Shown: in pieces, positions 24,096 through 36,973 of the stretch
Layout: every line of letters begins with the position of its first letter
Position numbering within the stretch: position 1 is the first letter of the stretch
From: Mobula hypostoma
Taxonomy: Eukaryota
Direction: 5' to 3'
Length of the DNA: 64,000 bases
Assembly: GCF_963921235.1 (NCBI RefSeq)
Contig: NC_086108.1
Coordinates: 112,408,001 to 112,472,000, forward strand
Notes under the pieces: generated by a model
Seen by the model: only the letters and a program-made list of their open reading frames with translations
The model's database searches: none
Told to the model about the DNA's origin: nothing
Translations under genes and position numbers: made by a program

Positions 24096-25110
24096 CCATA
24101 AGACCATAAAACATAGGAGCAGAATTAAGTCATTCAGCCCGTCAAGTCTGCTCTGTCATTTGAGCATGGCTGATCCATTTCCCTCTCAACCTCAATCTCC
24201 TGCCTTCTCCCCATAACATTTTATGCCCTGACTTATCAAGAATCTGTCAACTTCCACCTTAATACAGCCAATGACCTAGCCTCCACATCTGCCTGTGGCA
24301 ACAAATTTCACAGATTCACCACTCTCTGGCTAAAGAAATTCCTCCTCATCTCTGTTCTAAATGTACATCCTCTATTCTGAGGCTGTGCCCTCGGGTCCTA
24401 GACTCGAGGAAACATCCTCTCCACTTCCACTCTATGTAAGCTTTTCAACATTCGATAGGTTTCAATGGGATCCCCTCTCATTCATCTAAATTGCAGTGAG
24501 TACAGACCCAGAGCCATCAAATGCTCCCAAATCATGAGCTTTTCATTCCCAGAATCATTTTTGTGAACCTCCATTGAACCCTCTCCAATGTCAGCACATC
24601 CTTTCTAAGACAAAGGGCCCAAAACTGCTCACAATACTCCACGTGAGGCCTCACCAGTGCCTTATAAAGCCTCAGCATCACATCCTCGTTTTTATATTCT
24701 AGTCCTCTCAAAATGAATGCCAACATTATATTTGCCTTCCTTTACCACCAACTAAACCTGCAAGTTAGTCTTCAGGGAATCCTGCACGAGGACCCCCAAA
24801 TCCCTTGCTATCTCTGATTTCTGAATTTGCTCCCCATTTATGTTTTTATTCCTTTTACCAAAGTCCATAACCATACACTTTCGACGCTGTATTCCATTGG
24901 CCACTTCTTTGTCCATTTTCCTAATCTGTCTAAGTTCTTCTGTAGTCTGCCTGCCTCCACAACACTACCGTGTTTATTGTGATCTCAACTATCTTTGTAT
25001 CATTGCCACCCTAGCCACAGAACCACAACTTCCATCATCCAAATCATTGATATACAACATAAAAAGAAGTGGTCCCAACATCAACCTCTGCAGAATGCCA
25101 CTAGTCACTG
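24096..25110 (-). mobile_element. CR1 LINE 3' fragment
   Basis: ORF 24532-24726 MLAFILRGLEYK...RPHVEYC; ccataaga tail. Confidence 0.85.
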
Positions 25111-25111
25111 T

Positions 25112-27280
25112 CGTTCTGTCACATTCACCTCAACAATAAGCAAATGCTTTGAGAGGCTGGTCAAGGATTCTATCTGCAGCTTGCTGCCACCCACAGTGGA
25201 CCCCCTACAATTCACCTACCGACACAACCGATCGACAGATGACACAATAGCCTCTGCTCTACATACTGTCCTTACACATCTGGAGAAGAAGGATGCTTAT
25301 GTGAGAATGCTTTTCTTGGACTACAGTTTAGCATTCAACACCAGAGTTCCATCCAGGCTCGACAAGAAGCTCAGAGACCTCGGCCTTGACCCTGCCTTAT
25401 GCAACTGGATCCTGGACTTCCTGTCAGATTGCCAGCAGGTTGTAAGAGTGGGCTCCCTCACCTCCAACCACTGACTCTCAATACAGGAGCCCCTCAGGGC
25501 TGCGTACTGAGTCCCCTCCTTTACTCCCCGTATACCCATGACTGTATTGCCACCCACAGCTCTAACCTGCTGATCAAATTTGCTGACAACACTACATTGT
25601 CTGGTCTAATGTCAAACAATAACAAGGTGGCCTGCAGGGACAAAGACATTTCTCTGACACAGTGGTGTCAAGAAAACAACGTCTCCCTCAATGTCGCAAA
25701 AACAAAGGGGCTGGTTGTGGATTACTAGAGGAATGGAGACGGACTAACCCCTATTGACATCAGTGGATCTGGGGTTGAGAGGGCAAACAGCTAAGTTCCT
25801 CGGCATCCACCTCACCGAGGACGTGTGGTGAAAAAGGCACTACAGTGCCTCTTTCACCTCAGACAGTTGAGGAAGTTTGGTATGGGTCCCCAATTTCTAC
25901 AGGGACAGAATTGAGAGCATTCTGACTGTCTGCATTACTGCCTGATATGGGATCTGTACCTGCCTTAACTGCAGGACTTTACAGAGAGTTGTACAGACAG
26001 CTCAGTGTATCTGTAGTTGCGAACTTCCCATGGTTCAAGACATTTACAAAGACAGGTGTGTAAAAAGGGCTGGTAGGATCATTGGGGACCCGAGTCACCC
26101 CAGCCACAAACTGTTCCAGCTGCTACCATCCAGGAAACACAGAAACATAGAAAACCTACAGCACAATACAGGCCCTTCAGCCCACAATGCTGTGCCAAAC
26201 ATGTACTTACTTAGAAATTACCTCAGGTTACCCATAGCCCTCTATTTTTCTAAGCTCCATGTACAGGAGTCTCTTAAAAGACCCTATAGTATCCACTTCC
26301 ACCACCGTCACCGGCAGCCCATTCCACGCACTCACCACTCTCTGCGTAAAAAACCATACCCCTGACATCTCCTCTGTACCTACTTCCAAGCACATTAAAC
26401 CTGTGCCCTCTCGTGCTAGCCATTTCAGCCTGCAGCATAAAAGCCAGGACCAACAGGCTCCAGGACAGCTTCTTCCACCAGGCTGTCAGACTGATGAACT
26501 CACGTTGATTTGAATGATTCGAGTACAGGAGCAGGGAGGTACTACTTCAGTTGTACAAGGCCTTGGTGAGACCACACCTGGAGTATTGTGTGCAGTTTTG
26601 GTCCCCTAATCTGAGGAAAGACATTCTTGCCATAGAGGGAGTGCAAAGAAGGTTCACCAGATTGATTCCTGGGATGGCAGGACTTTCATATGGATCGACT
26701 AGGCTTGTACTCTCTGGAATTTAGAAGACTGAGGGGGGATCTGACTGAAACGTATAAAATTCTAAAGGGATTGGACAGGGTAGACACAGGAAGATTGTTC
26801 CCGATGTCGGGGAAGTCCAGAACGAGGGGTCACAGTTTGAGGATAAAGGGGAAGCCTTTTAGGACCAAGATGAGGAAAAACTTCTTCACACAGAGAGTGG
26901 TGAATCTGTGGAATTCTCTGCCACAGGAAACAGTTGAGGCCAGTTCATTGGCTATATTTAAGAGGGAGTTAGATATGGCCCTTGTGGCTAAAGGGATCAG
27001 GGGGTATGGAGAGAAGGCTGGTGCAGGGTTCTGAGTTGGATGATCAGCCATGATCATACTGAATGGCGGTGCAGGCTCGAAGGGCTGAATGGCCTACTCC
27101 TGCACCTATTTTCTATGTTTCTATGTATTCTATATTACATCGACTGTTCTATTTATTATAAATTATTACAAATTACTATAATTGCATATTGCACATTTAG
27201 ACAGAGATGTAATGAAAAGATTTTTCCTTCTCATCTCCTCATGTATGTGAAGGATGTAAGAAATAAAGTCAATTCAATTT
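25112..27280 (+). mobile_element. Rex1/Babar-type LINE RT with two nested CR1 3' pieces (~26139-26430 minus; 26521-27125 plus)
   Basis: [53 protein letters not shown]; ends aataaagtcaattcaatt. Confidence 0.9.
26521..27125 (+). mobile_element. Young 5'-truncated CR1 3' end
   Basis: ORF 26690-27034; closely similar to 62300-62911; (TTCTATGT)n tail. Confidence 0.9.
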
Positions 27281-29489
27281 AGTCAGCAAGAAAAGGCTCC
27301 CTTTATTCTCAATCAGACAATGCTCTATCCATGCTATTACCTTTCCTGTGATACCTTAGGCTCTTAAATTGATAAGCACCTTGTCAAAGGCCTTCTGAAA
27401 ATGCAAATACGCAATATTCACCAATTTCTCTGAAGCAAACCATGCTGACTTTGGCCAATTTGTCACGTACTTGTAAGTACCCTGACATCTGATCCTAACA
27501 TCTTCCCAACCACTGATGTCAGGCTAACTGGTCTGTAGTTTCCTTTCTTCTGCATCCTTCCCTTGTTGAAGAGTGGAGTGACATTTGCAATTTTCCAGTC
27601 CACGGAACCATGCCAGAATCTATTGATTCTTGGAAGATCATTACTAATGCTTCCACAATCTCACTGTTAGCTTCTATAATCTTTTTATCGTCTAAGGAAT
27701 GTGACAACTCCTTCCCTTGGCCTGAACGAGGGTAGATCCAATACTTGACAAGCTTAACACATTCCAGGATTTAGCTGTCCTGCTGATTGGCACTTCATCC
27801 ATCTTCCTCTCGCTGTCAGTACACGTGGCTGCTCTGTGAGTGACCACACAAAACACTGCAGCAACTTCCAGGCCCACTACTGTGAACAGTTTGGGAGCCA
27901 TGTCTAAAAACAATTGCTGAGAGGATCACCAGAGTCTCCCTCCCTCCTATTTGTAATGTTTACCGGGAGCGATGTATATGAAGGGCCTGAAGCATTGTTG
28001 AAGGTCCCTACCACCCATCCCACCATCTCTTTGACCCAAGACCATCAGGAAGGAGGTGCAGGAGCATCAGGACTAGGACTGTTAGACTGGGTAACAGCTC
28101 CTTCCATCAGGCAGTGAGATTAATGAATATCCTGCCACCACCGAAATCTCAGCACTAGGACAACGAGTTGTTTGCTGTTTACTGTTTACCTGTGCTGCAG
28201 ACTACTTGCAGTTTGAATTATATTTATTAACCTTATTGATGGTAACATTTTGTTTTATGTGCTGTGTGTGATACATGTTTTGTGGGAGTACTGTGGTCCA
28301 GAGCAATGTTGTTTCATTTGGTTATGTATATTCAAAGATTCAAAGATTTAAGGTATATTTCTTTTCAAAGTTCGCATACAGACTACAACTCTGAGAGTCA
28401 TCCTCCCACAGCCAGCCACAAAACAAAGAACCTGTTCAGGGAAACATCGATTTCCCAAAGTACAAGAAAGGAACAAACTGCACAAATAGCAAAAAGCAAG
28501 GAGAAGATAGAATATCAAACATCAGACCGGGAGCCCAGTGCTATTCAGTTTAGTTCAGTTCAGCGTTGTGCTGCTAACTCACTACAGGCCACACACAGGG
28601 CAAGTCATTCTTCACCAAAACGCCCCAGAACACATTGATCACCCCAATTAAACCACTGAGAAACAGTGAAAAAGAGAGAAACCGGAATTTAGGAACACAT
28701 GCAACATGGGGAGGGTTGAGAGATTTGACAGAAGTGTACAAAATTATCAGGAGTGTAAATAAGGTAAATTCAAGCAGGCTTTTCCCACCGAAGATGGGTG
28801 GGGCTACGACTAGAGGTCATGGAATAAGAGTGAAAGGTGAAAAGTTGGGACCGTGAGGAGAAAATTCTTCACTCAGAGTGAGAGTGTGGAATGAGCTGCC
28901 AGCCCAAGTGGTGCATGTGAGCTCGATTTCAATGCTTAAGAGAGATTTGGATAGGTACATGGATGGTAGATGTAGGGAGGACTATGGTCCCAGTGCAAGT
29001 CGATGGGAGTAGGCAATTTAAATGGTTCAGCACAGACTAGATGGGCTAAAGGGCCTGTTTCTGTGCTGTACTTTTCTTTGACTCTCTGACTCGATAAACC
29101 CAAAAGTCCCCCCCCCCGACAACGAAAAGAGTCCACAGTCTCTCCGAGCCTCTCTGATCAATCCTTGCTATATGTACAGTCAGATCACAGTAAATGTGAA
29201 CTTGAACTTGCCACCCACACAGTCACTGGGAGAACGTGCAAACTCCACCCAGACAGTGCTGGAGCTCTGGATCAAACCCTGGGTCCCGGAGCCATGAGGC
29301 AGCGGATCCATCTGCTTCAACACTGTGATGCCCAATTCCTCTTCACAACCCTGTGATTTTCCCCTCCAATTATCTGTGGCGTTTCTATAGCTAATCAGCA
29401 AATGCTGATAGAAAAGGAGAAGAATAGGAGTGATTTAATGGCCCCATGGTTCCTCTCAAACTTTGTTCACAAGAAACACCCCAACAACA

Positions 29490-29712
29490 CGCACCATCCA
29501 CCAACCCACCAATTTAACCCTGGCCTAATCACAGGACAACTTACAATGGCCAGTTAACCTACTAACCATCATGTCTTTGGAATGCGAGAGGAAACCCAGG
29601 CGTTCACAGGGAGGATTCACAAACCTCTTACAGACAGCGGCAGAATTGAACTCTGAACCCCGACATACCGAGCTACAATAACGTCACACTAACCGCTACG
29701 TTATCGTGGTGC
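29490..29712 (-). mobile_element. V-SINE-like element
   Basis: Reverse strand ggggcaccacgataacgtagcggttagtgtgacgttattgtagc...agagttcaattctgccgctgtctgtaagagg. Confidence 0.7.
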
Positions 29713-29765
29713 CCCCCCCCACCCCCCCCACTGACCCACTCCTTCAACTCTTGCAGGAACTGGAC

Positions 29766-32560
29766 TTAGAACATGGACAGTACAGTACAGTACAGGCCCT
29801 TCGGCCCACAATGTTGTGCCAACCCTCAAACTCTGCCTCCCATATAACCCCCCACCTTAAATTCCTCCATATACCTGTCTAGTAATCTCTTAAACTTCTC
29901 TAGTCTATCTGCCTCCACCACTGACTCAGGCAGTGCATTCCACGCACCAACCACTCTCTGAGTAAAAAAACCTTCCTCTAATATCCCCCTTGAACTTCCT
30001 ACCCCTTACCTTAAAGACATATCCTCTTGTATTGAGCAGTGGTGCCCTGGGGAAGAGGCACTGGCTATCCACTCTATCTATTCCTCTCATTATCTTGTAC
30101 ACCTCTATCATGTCTTCTCTCATCCTCCTTCTCTCCAAAGAATAAAGCCCTAGCTCCCTTAATCTCTGATCATAATGCATACTCTCTAAACCAGGTAGCA
30201 TCCTGGTAAATCTCTTCTGTACCCTTTCCAATGCTTCCACATCCTTCCTATAGTGAGGCGACCAGAACTGGACACAATGCTCCAAGTGTGGCATAACCAC
30301 AGTTTTATAGAGCTGCATCATTACATCGCGACTCTTAAACTCTATCCCTGGACTTATGAAAGCTTACACCCCATAAGCTTTCTTAACTACCCTATCTACC
30401 TGTGAGGCAACTTTCAGGGATCTGTGGAAATGTACCCTGAGATCCCTCTGCTCCTCCACACTACCAGGTATCCTGCCTTTGTACTCTGCCTTGGAGTTAG
30501 TCCTTCCAAAGTGTACCACCTCACACTTCTCCGGGTTGAACTCCATCTGCCACTTCTCAGCCCACTTCTGCATCCTATCAATGTCTCTCTGCAATCTTCA
30601 ACAATCCTCTACACTATCTACAACACCACCAACCTTTGTGTTGTCTGCAAACTTGCCAACCCATCCCTCTACCCCCACATCAAGGTCGTTAATAAAAATC
30701 ACAAAAAGTAGAGGTCCCAGAACAGATCCTTGTGGGACACCACTAGTCACAACCCTCCAATCTGAATGTACTCCCTCCACTACGACCCTCTGCCTTCTGC
30801 AGGCAAGCCAATTCTGAATCCACCTGGCCAAACTTCCCTGGATCCCATGCCTTCTGACTTTCTGAATAAGCCTACCGTGTGGAACCTTGTCAAATGCCTT
30901 ACTAAAATCCATATAGATCACATCCACTACACTACCCTCATCTCTATGCCTGGTCACCTCCTCAAAGAACTCTATCAGGCTTGTTAGACACGATCTGCCC
31001 TTCACAAAGCCATGCTGACTATCCCTGATCAAACCATGATTCTCTAAATGCCCATAGATCCTATCTCTAAGAATCTTTTCCAATAGCTTTCCCACGACAG
31101 ACGTAAGGCTCACTGGTCTATAATAACCCGGACTATTCCTACTACCTTTTTTGAACAAGGGGACAACATTCACCTCCCTCCAATCCTCCGATACCATTCC
31201 CGTGGACAATGGTGACATAAAGATCCTAGCCAGAGGCTCAGCAATCTCTTCCCTCGCCTCATGGAGCAGCCTGGGGAATATTCCGAGAGGCCCCAGGGAC
31301 TTATCCGTCCTAATGTATTTTAACAACTCCAACACCTCCTCTCCCTTCATATCAACATCCTCCAGAACATCAACCTCACTCATATTGTCCTCACCATCAT
31401 CAAGTTCCCTCTCATTGATGAATACCGGAGAAGTATTCATTGAAGACCTCGCTCACTTCCACATCCTCCAGGCATATCTTCCCACCTTTATCTCTAATTT
31501 GTCCTACTTTCACTCCTGTCATCCTTTCGTTCTTCACATAATTGAAGAATGCCTTGGGGTTTTCTCTTACCCTACTCGCCAAGGCCTTCTCATGCCCCCT
31601 TCTTGCTCTTCTTAAGCTCCTTTCTTGCTTCCCTGTATTCCTCAATAGACCCATCTGATCCTTGCTTCCTAAACCTCACGTATGCTGCCTTCTTCCACCT
31701 GACTAGATTTTCCACCTCACTTGTCACCCATGGTTCCTTCACCCTACCATTCTTTATCTTCCTCACCGGGACAAATTTATCCCTAACATCCTGCAGGAGA
31801 TCTCTAAATATCGAACACATGTCCATAGTACATTTCCCTGCAAAAACATCATCCCAATTCACACCCGCAAGTTCTAACCTTATAGCCTCATAATTTGCCC
31901 TTCCTCAATTAAAAATTTTCCTGTCCTCTCTGATTCTATCCTTTTCCATGATAATGCTAAAGGCCAGAGAGCGGTGGTCACTTTCCCCCAGATGCTCACC
32001 CACTGAGAGATCTGTGACCTGACCCGGTTAATTACCTAATACTAGATCTAGTATGGCATTCCCCCAGTCAGCCTGTCCACATACTGTGACAGGAATCCGT
32101 CCTGGACACACTTAACAAACTCTGCCCCATCTAAACCCTTGGAACTAATCAGGTGCCAATCAATATTAGGGAAGTTAAAGTCACCCATGATAACAACCCT
32201 GTTATTTTTGCACCTTTCCAAAATCTGCCTCCCAATCTGCTCCTCTGTATCTCTGCTGCTATCAGGGGGCCTAAAGAATACCCCCAATAGAGTAACTGCT
32301 CCCTTCCTGTTCCTGACTTCCACCCATACTGACTCAAAAGAGGATCCTGCTATATTGCCCACCCTTTCTGTAGCTGTAATAGTATCCCTGACCAGTAATG
32401 CCACCCCTCCTCCCCTTTTTCCGCCCTCTCTATCCCTTTTAAATATCCAGGAATATTGAGAATCCATTCCTGCCCTGGTGCCAGCCAAGTCTCTGTAATG
32501 GCCACTACATCATAATTCCATGTATGTATCCAAGCTCTCAGTTCATCACCTTTGTTCCTG
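29766..32560 (-). mobile_element. CR1 LINE ORF2 (APE-RT), disrupted
   Basis: ORFs 32048-32488 (GGGVALLV, MGDFN), 30598-31440 ([26 protein letters not shown]), 29926-30321. Confidence 0.95.
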
Positions 32561-33392
32561 ACTTGCTGTCAGCTCCTAACCTGCCCTGGGAGATAAATGG
32601 CTCATCCCCTGCTCATCTCCAGAGGAGTGAATCCTGAGCACATCCCAAATGAAGATGGCGATTGTGTTGTCTCCGGAATGCAATGACTGATGTTTCCGTA
32701 ACTGATGGAGCTGAGGAGCTTAGAAAAATAGAGGGCTGTGGGTAAGCCTAGGTAGTTCTAAGGTAAGGACATGTTTGGCACAGCTTTGTGAGTCAAAGGG
32801 CCTGTATTGTGCTGTAGGTTTTCTGTGTTTCTAGGTTTCTAATCCTGCCTTGTGGTATACCTGTGTGATCAACAATTTCCTCATTGCAATCTGATGACTA
32901 ACAGTTGAAAAATGTGTACAGAATCAGATTCAGGTTTAATATCACCAGCATATGGTGTGAAATTTGTTGCTTTACAACAGCAGTACATTGCAATGCATAA
33001 TAACAAAAATTGTAAATTACAAAAGTAGTGCAAAAAGAGAGAAAAAATTAGTGAGGCAATATTCATAGATTCATTGTCCATTCAGAAATCTGATGGTGGA
33101 GAGGAAGAATCTGTTCCTGAATCGTTGAGTGTGTGTTCAGGTTCCTGTACCTCCGGCTTGATGGTAGCAAGGAGAAGAGGGCTTGTCCTGGGTGACAGGG
33201 GTCCTTAATGATGGATGCTGCCTTTCTGAGGCGTCACCTTTTGCAGGCGTCCTGTTGTTCGGGAGGCCGGTGTTCATGATGAAGCTGGCTTGGTTCCAAC
33301 TTTCCCCCCATTTTTGGATCCCCTCCACATCAGATGATGACGCAGCCAGTTATGCAATCAGTGATGGAACTACGCTATTAAATGGATCCATT

Positions 33393-34714
33393 GACAATAG
33401 ACAATAGGTGCAGGAGTAGGCCATTCGGCCCTTTGAGCCAGCACCGCCATTCACTGTGATCATGGCTAATCATCCACAATCAGTATCCAGTTCCTGCCTT
33501 ATCCCCATAACCTTTGATTCCGCTATCTTTAAGAGCTCTATCCATCTCTTTCTTGAAAGCGTCCAGAGACTTGGCCTCCACAGCCTTCTGGGGCAGAGCA
33601 TTCCATATATCCACCACTCTCGGGGTGGAAAAGCTTTTCCTCAACTCCATTCTAAATGGCCTACCCCTTATTCTTAAACTGTGGCCTCTGGTTCTGGACT
33701 CACCCATCAGCGGGAACATGCTTCCTTCCTCCAGCGTGTCCAATCCCTTAATAATCTTATACATTTCAATAAGACCCCCTCTCAGCCTTCTAAATTCCAG
33801 AGTATACAAGCCCAGTTGTTCCAATCTTTCGACATATGACAGTCCCGCCATCCCGGGAATTAACCTTGTGACCCTACGCTGCACTCCCTCAATAGCAAGA
33901 ATGTCCTTCCTCAAATTTGGAGACCAAAACTGCACACAGTACTCCAGGTGTAGTCTCACCAGGGCCCTGTACAGCTGCAGAAGGACCTCTTTGCTCCTAT
34001 ACTCAACTCCCCTTGTTATGAAGGCCAGCATGCCATTAGCTTTCTTCACTGCCTGCTGTACTTGCATGCTTGCTTTCAGTGACTGATGTACAAGAACACC
34101 TAGATCTCATTGTACTTCCCCTTTTCCTAACTTGACTCCATTTAGATAATAATCTGCCTTCCTGTTCTTACCACCAAAGTGGAAAACCTCACATTTATCC
34201 ACATTAAACTGCATCTGCCATGCATCTGCCCACTCACCCAGCCTGTCCAAGTCACCTTGCATTCTCATGACATTCTCCTCACATTTCACACTGCCACCCA
34301 GCTTTGTGTCATCAGCAAATTTGCTAAATGTTACTTTTAATTCCCTCATCTAAATCACTAATATATATTGTAAACAGCTGCGGTCACAGCACTGAACCCT
34401 GCGGTACCCCACTGGTCACCGCCTGCCATTCTGAAAGGGACCCGTTAATCGCTACTCTTTGTTTTCTGTCAGCCAGCCAATTTTCAATCCATGTCAGTAC
34501 TCTGCCCCCAATACCATGTGCCCTAATTCTACCCACTAATCTCCTATGTGGGACTTTATCAAAGGCTTTCTGAAGGTCCAGGTACACTACATCCACTGGC
34601 TCTTCCTTGTCCATTTTCATAATCACATTCTCAATAAATTCCAGAAGATTAGTCAAGCACGATTTCCCCTTCGTAAATCCATGCTGACTCGGACCAATCC
34701 TGTTACTGCTATCC
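33393..34714 (-). mobile_element. 5'-truncated CR1 LINE with (CTATTGT)n tail
   Basis: ORFs 34384-34656, 34107-34349 (KFADDTK), 33480-34067; acaatagacaatag tail on +. Confidence 0.92.
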
Positions 34715-35872
34715 AGCTTGAGTGTCCCTCTATTCTGAGGCTGTATCCTCAGACAAAACCAGTCTCCTCAAACTCCTAATGAAATATAGAGTGTCGTACC
34801 TTCTTTTTGATTCCGTCATATTGGGCCCAGGACAGATCCTCGGAGATGTTGATACCCAGGAACTTGAAACTGCTCACCCTTTCATTATTTGGAGACTTTG
34901 CATATATAATTTGGAGTTTGTAGAACTGTTGCATCTCAGTTCCAGAGACCCCAGGTTGGATCGCAACCTCTGGTACTGTCTGTGTGGTGTTTGCACAAGT
35001 GAGGAAGGGAGGAATCAATGGGAATGTGGGGAGAATGAAATAGAATTAGAGTAGGGTTAGAGTAAATAGGTGGTTGATAGACCCAATGGGCCATATGGCC
35101 TGTTTGTGTGCTGTGTGATTACATGACTCTATGAATACAAAACTCAGACATTTATTGCATGTGTTGGATTCTGATGTTTTGAATCCAAGTTTCTATCAGA
35201 TGTCAGGAAAAACGCTCAAAACTTGTTCCTTCTTGATCTTTTTGTTAAACGTTAATGGGCAAATGAAGTTGAAAATGGACAGTGACAGAGGTTCAGGATG
35301 TGAAGAGAAGGAGAGGCAAAAGAGAAAAAGAAAAAGACAAAAGGAGAAGAGTCAAAAAAGGGCACCTCTTTTATATGCATAGATAGGAAACATCCCATTC
35401 AAATTTGTTAATAAAAGTTAGCCAATCAGATAGCCCTTATTTAAATTATACAACACCAGAGAAGCTTCCAGAGCTTTCCGGAATGATACAAAGAACTGTA
35501 ACCACGAGAGGACACACTGAACAGCTGCATATACATACTGTGACCACTAGGGGGCACACTGAACAACTGCATATACATACCGTGACCACTAGGGGGACAC
35601 ACTGAACAGCTGCATATACATACTGTGACCACTAGGGGCACACTGAACAACTGCATATACATACCGTGACCATTAGGGATCACTCTGAACAACTACATAT
35701 ACATACTGTGACCTCTGGGGGACACACTGAACAACTGCATATACATACTGTGACCACTAGGGGGACACACTGAACAGCTGCATATACATACTGTGACCAC
35801 TAGGGGGCACACTGAACAACTGCATATACATACCGTGACCATTAGGGATCACACTGAACAACTGCATATACA

Positions 35873-36519
35873 GGCAACACACAAAATGCTGGAGGAACTC
35901 AGCTGGCCAGGCAGCATCTATGGAAAAGAGTAAACAGTCAACGTTTCAGGCTGAAACCCTTTATCAGGACAGGAAAAAAAGATGAGAAGTCAGAGCAATA
36001 AAATGGGGAGAGGAGAGGAAGAAGAACAAGGTGGTAGGTTACAGAAGAAACCGGGAGGGGGGAGGGATGAAGTAAAAAACTGAGAAGTTGATTGGTGAAA
36101 GAGGTAAAGGGTTGGAGAAGAGGGAATCTGATAGAAAGGGTAGAAGACCATGGAAGAAATGGAAGGGGGAGGAACACTTGAGGGAGGTGATAGCCAGGCA
36201 AGGAGATAAGGTGAGAGAGGGAAACGGGAATGGGGGAATGGTGAAAGGTGGGCAATTACAGGAAGTTCGAAAAATCAATGTTCGTGCTGTTAGGTTGGAG
36301 GCTACAAGGTGTTGCTCCTCTAACCTGAGTGTGGCCTCATCGCGCCAATAGAGGAGGCCGTGGACATGTGAGAATGAGAATGGAAAATAGAATTGAAATG
36401 GGTGGCCACTGGGAGATTCTGCTTTTTCGGACAGGTGAAGCAGTCTCCCAATCTACGTCGGATCTCACCATTATACAGGAGGCCACACTGGGAGCACCAG
36501 ATATAGTAGATGTCCCCAA
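35873..36519 (-). mobile_element. Older PLE 3' fragment (GIY-YIG remnant, 3' UTR, hammerhead remnant)
   Basis: 8-bp duplication CATATACA at 35865-35872 and 36520-36527; aligns by eye with 11620-12310; hammerhead remnant at 35936-35971. Confidence 0.85.
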
Positions 36520-36782
36520 CATATACATATTGTGACCACTAGGGGACACACTGAACAACTGCATATACATACTGTGACCACTAGGGGACACACTGAACAA
36601 CTGCATTTACATACTGTGACCACTCGGGGACACACTGAACAACTGCATTTACATACTGTGACCACTAGGGGACACACTGAACAACTGCATTTACATACTG
36701 TGACCACTCGGGGACACACTGAACAACTGCATATACATACTGTGACCACTAGGGGACACACTGAACAACTGCATGTACATAC

Positions 36783-36973
36783 AACAGGAATTCTGCAGAT
36801 GCTGGAAATTCAAGCAACATACATCAAAGTTGCTGGTGAACGCAGCAGGCCAGGCAGCATCTATAGGAAGAGGCGCAAGTCCTGACGAAGGGTCTCGGCC
36901 TGAAACGTCGACTGCGCCTCTTCCTATAGATGCTGCTTGGCCTGCTGTGTTCACCAGCAACTTTGATGTATGT
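36783..36973. mobile_element. Palindromic PLE-end mini-insertion with an apical hammerhead
   Basis: 13-bp TSD TGCATGTACATAC at 36770-36782 and 36974-36986; inverted arms 36814-36877 and 36913-36976. Confidence 0.9.
36878..36913 (+). ncRNA. Minimal hammerhead ribozyme motif, intact core
   Basis: AGTC CTGACGA AGGGTCTCGGCCT GAAA CGTC^GACT; predicted cleavage after C36909. Confidence 0.85.
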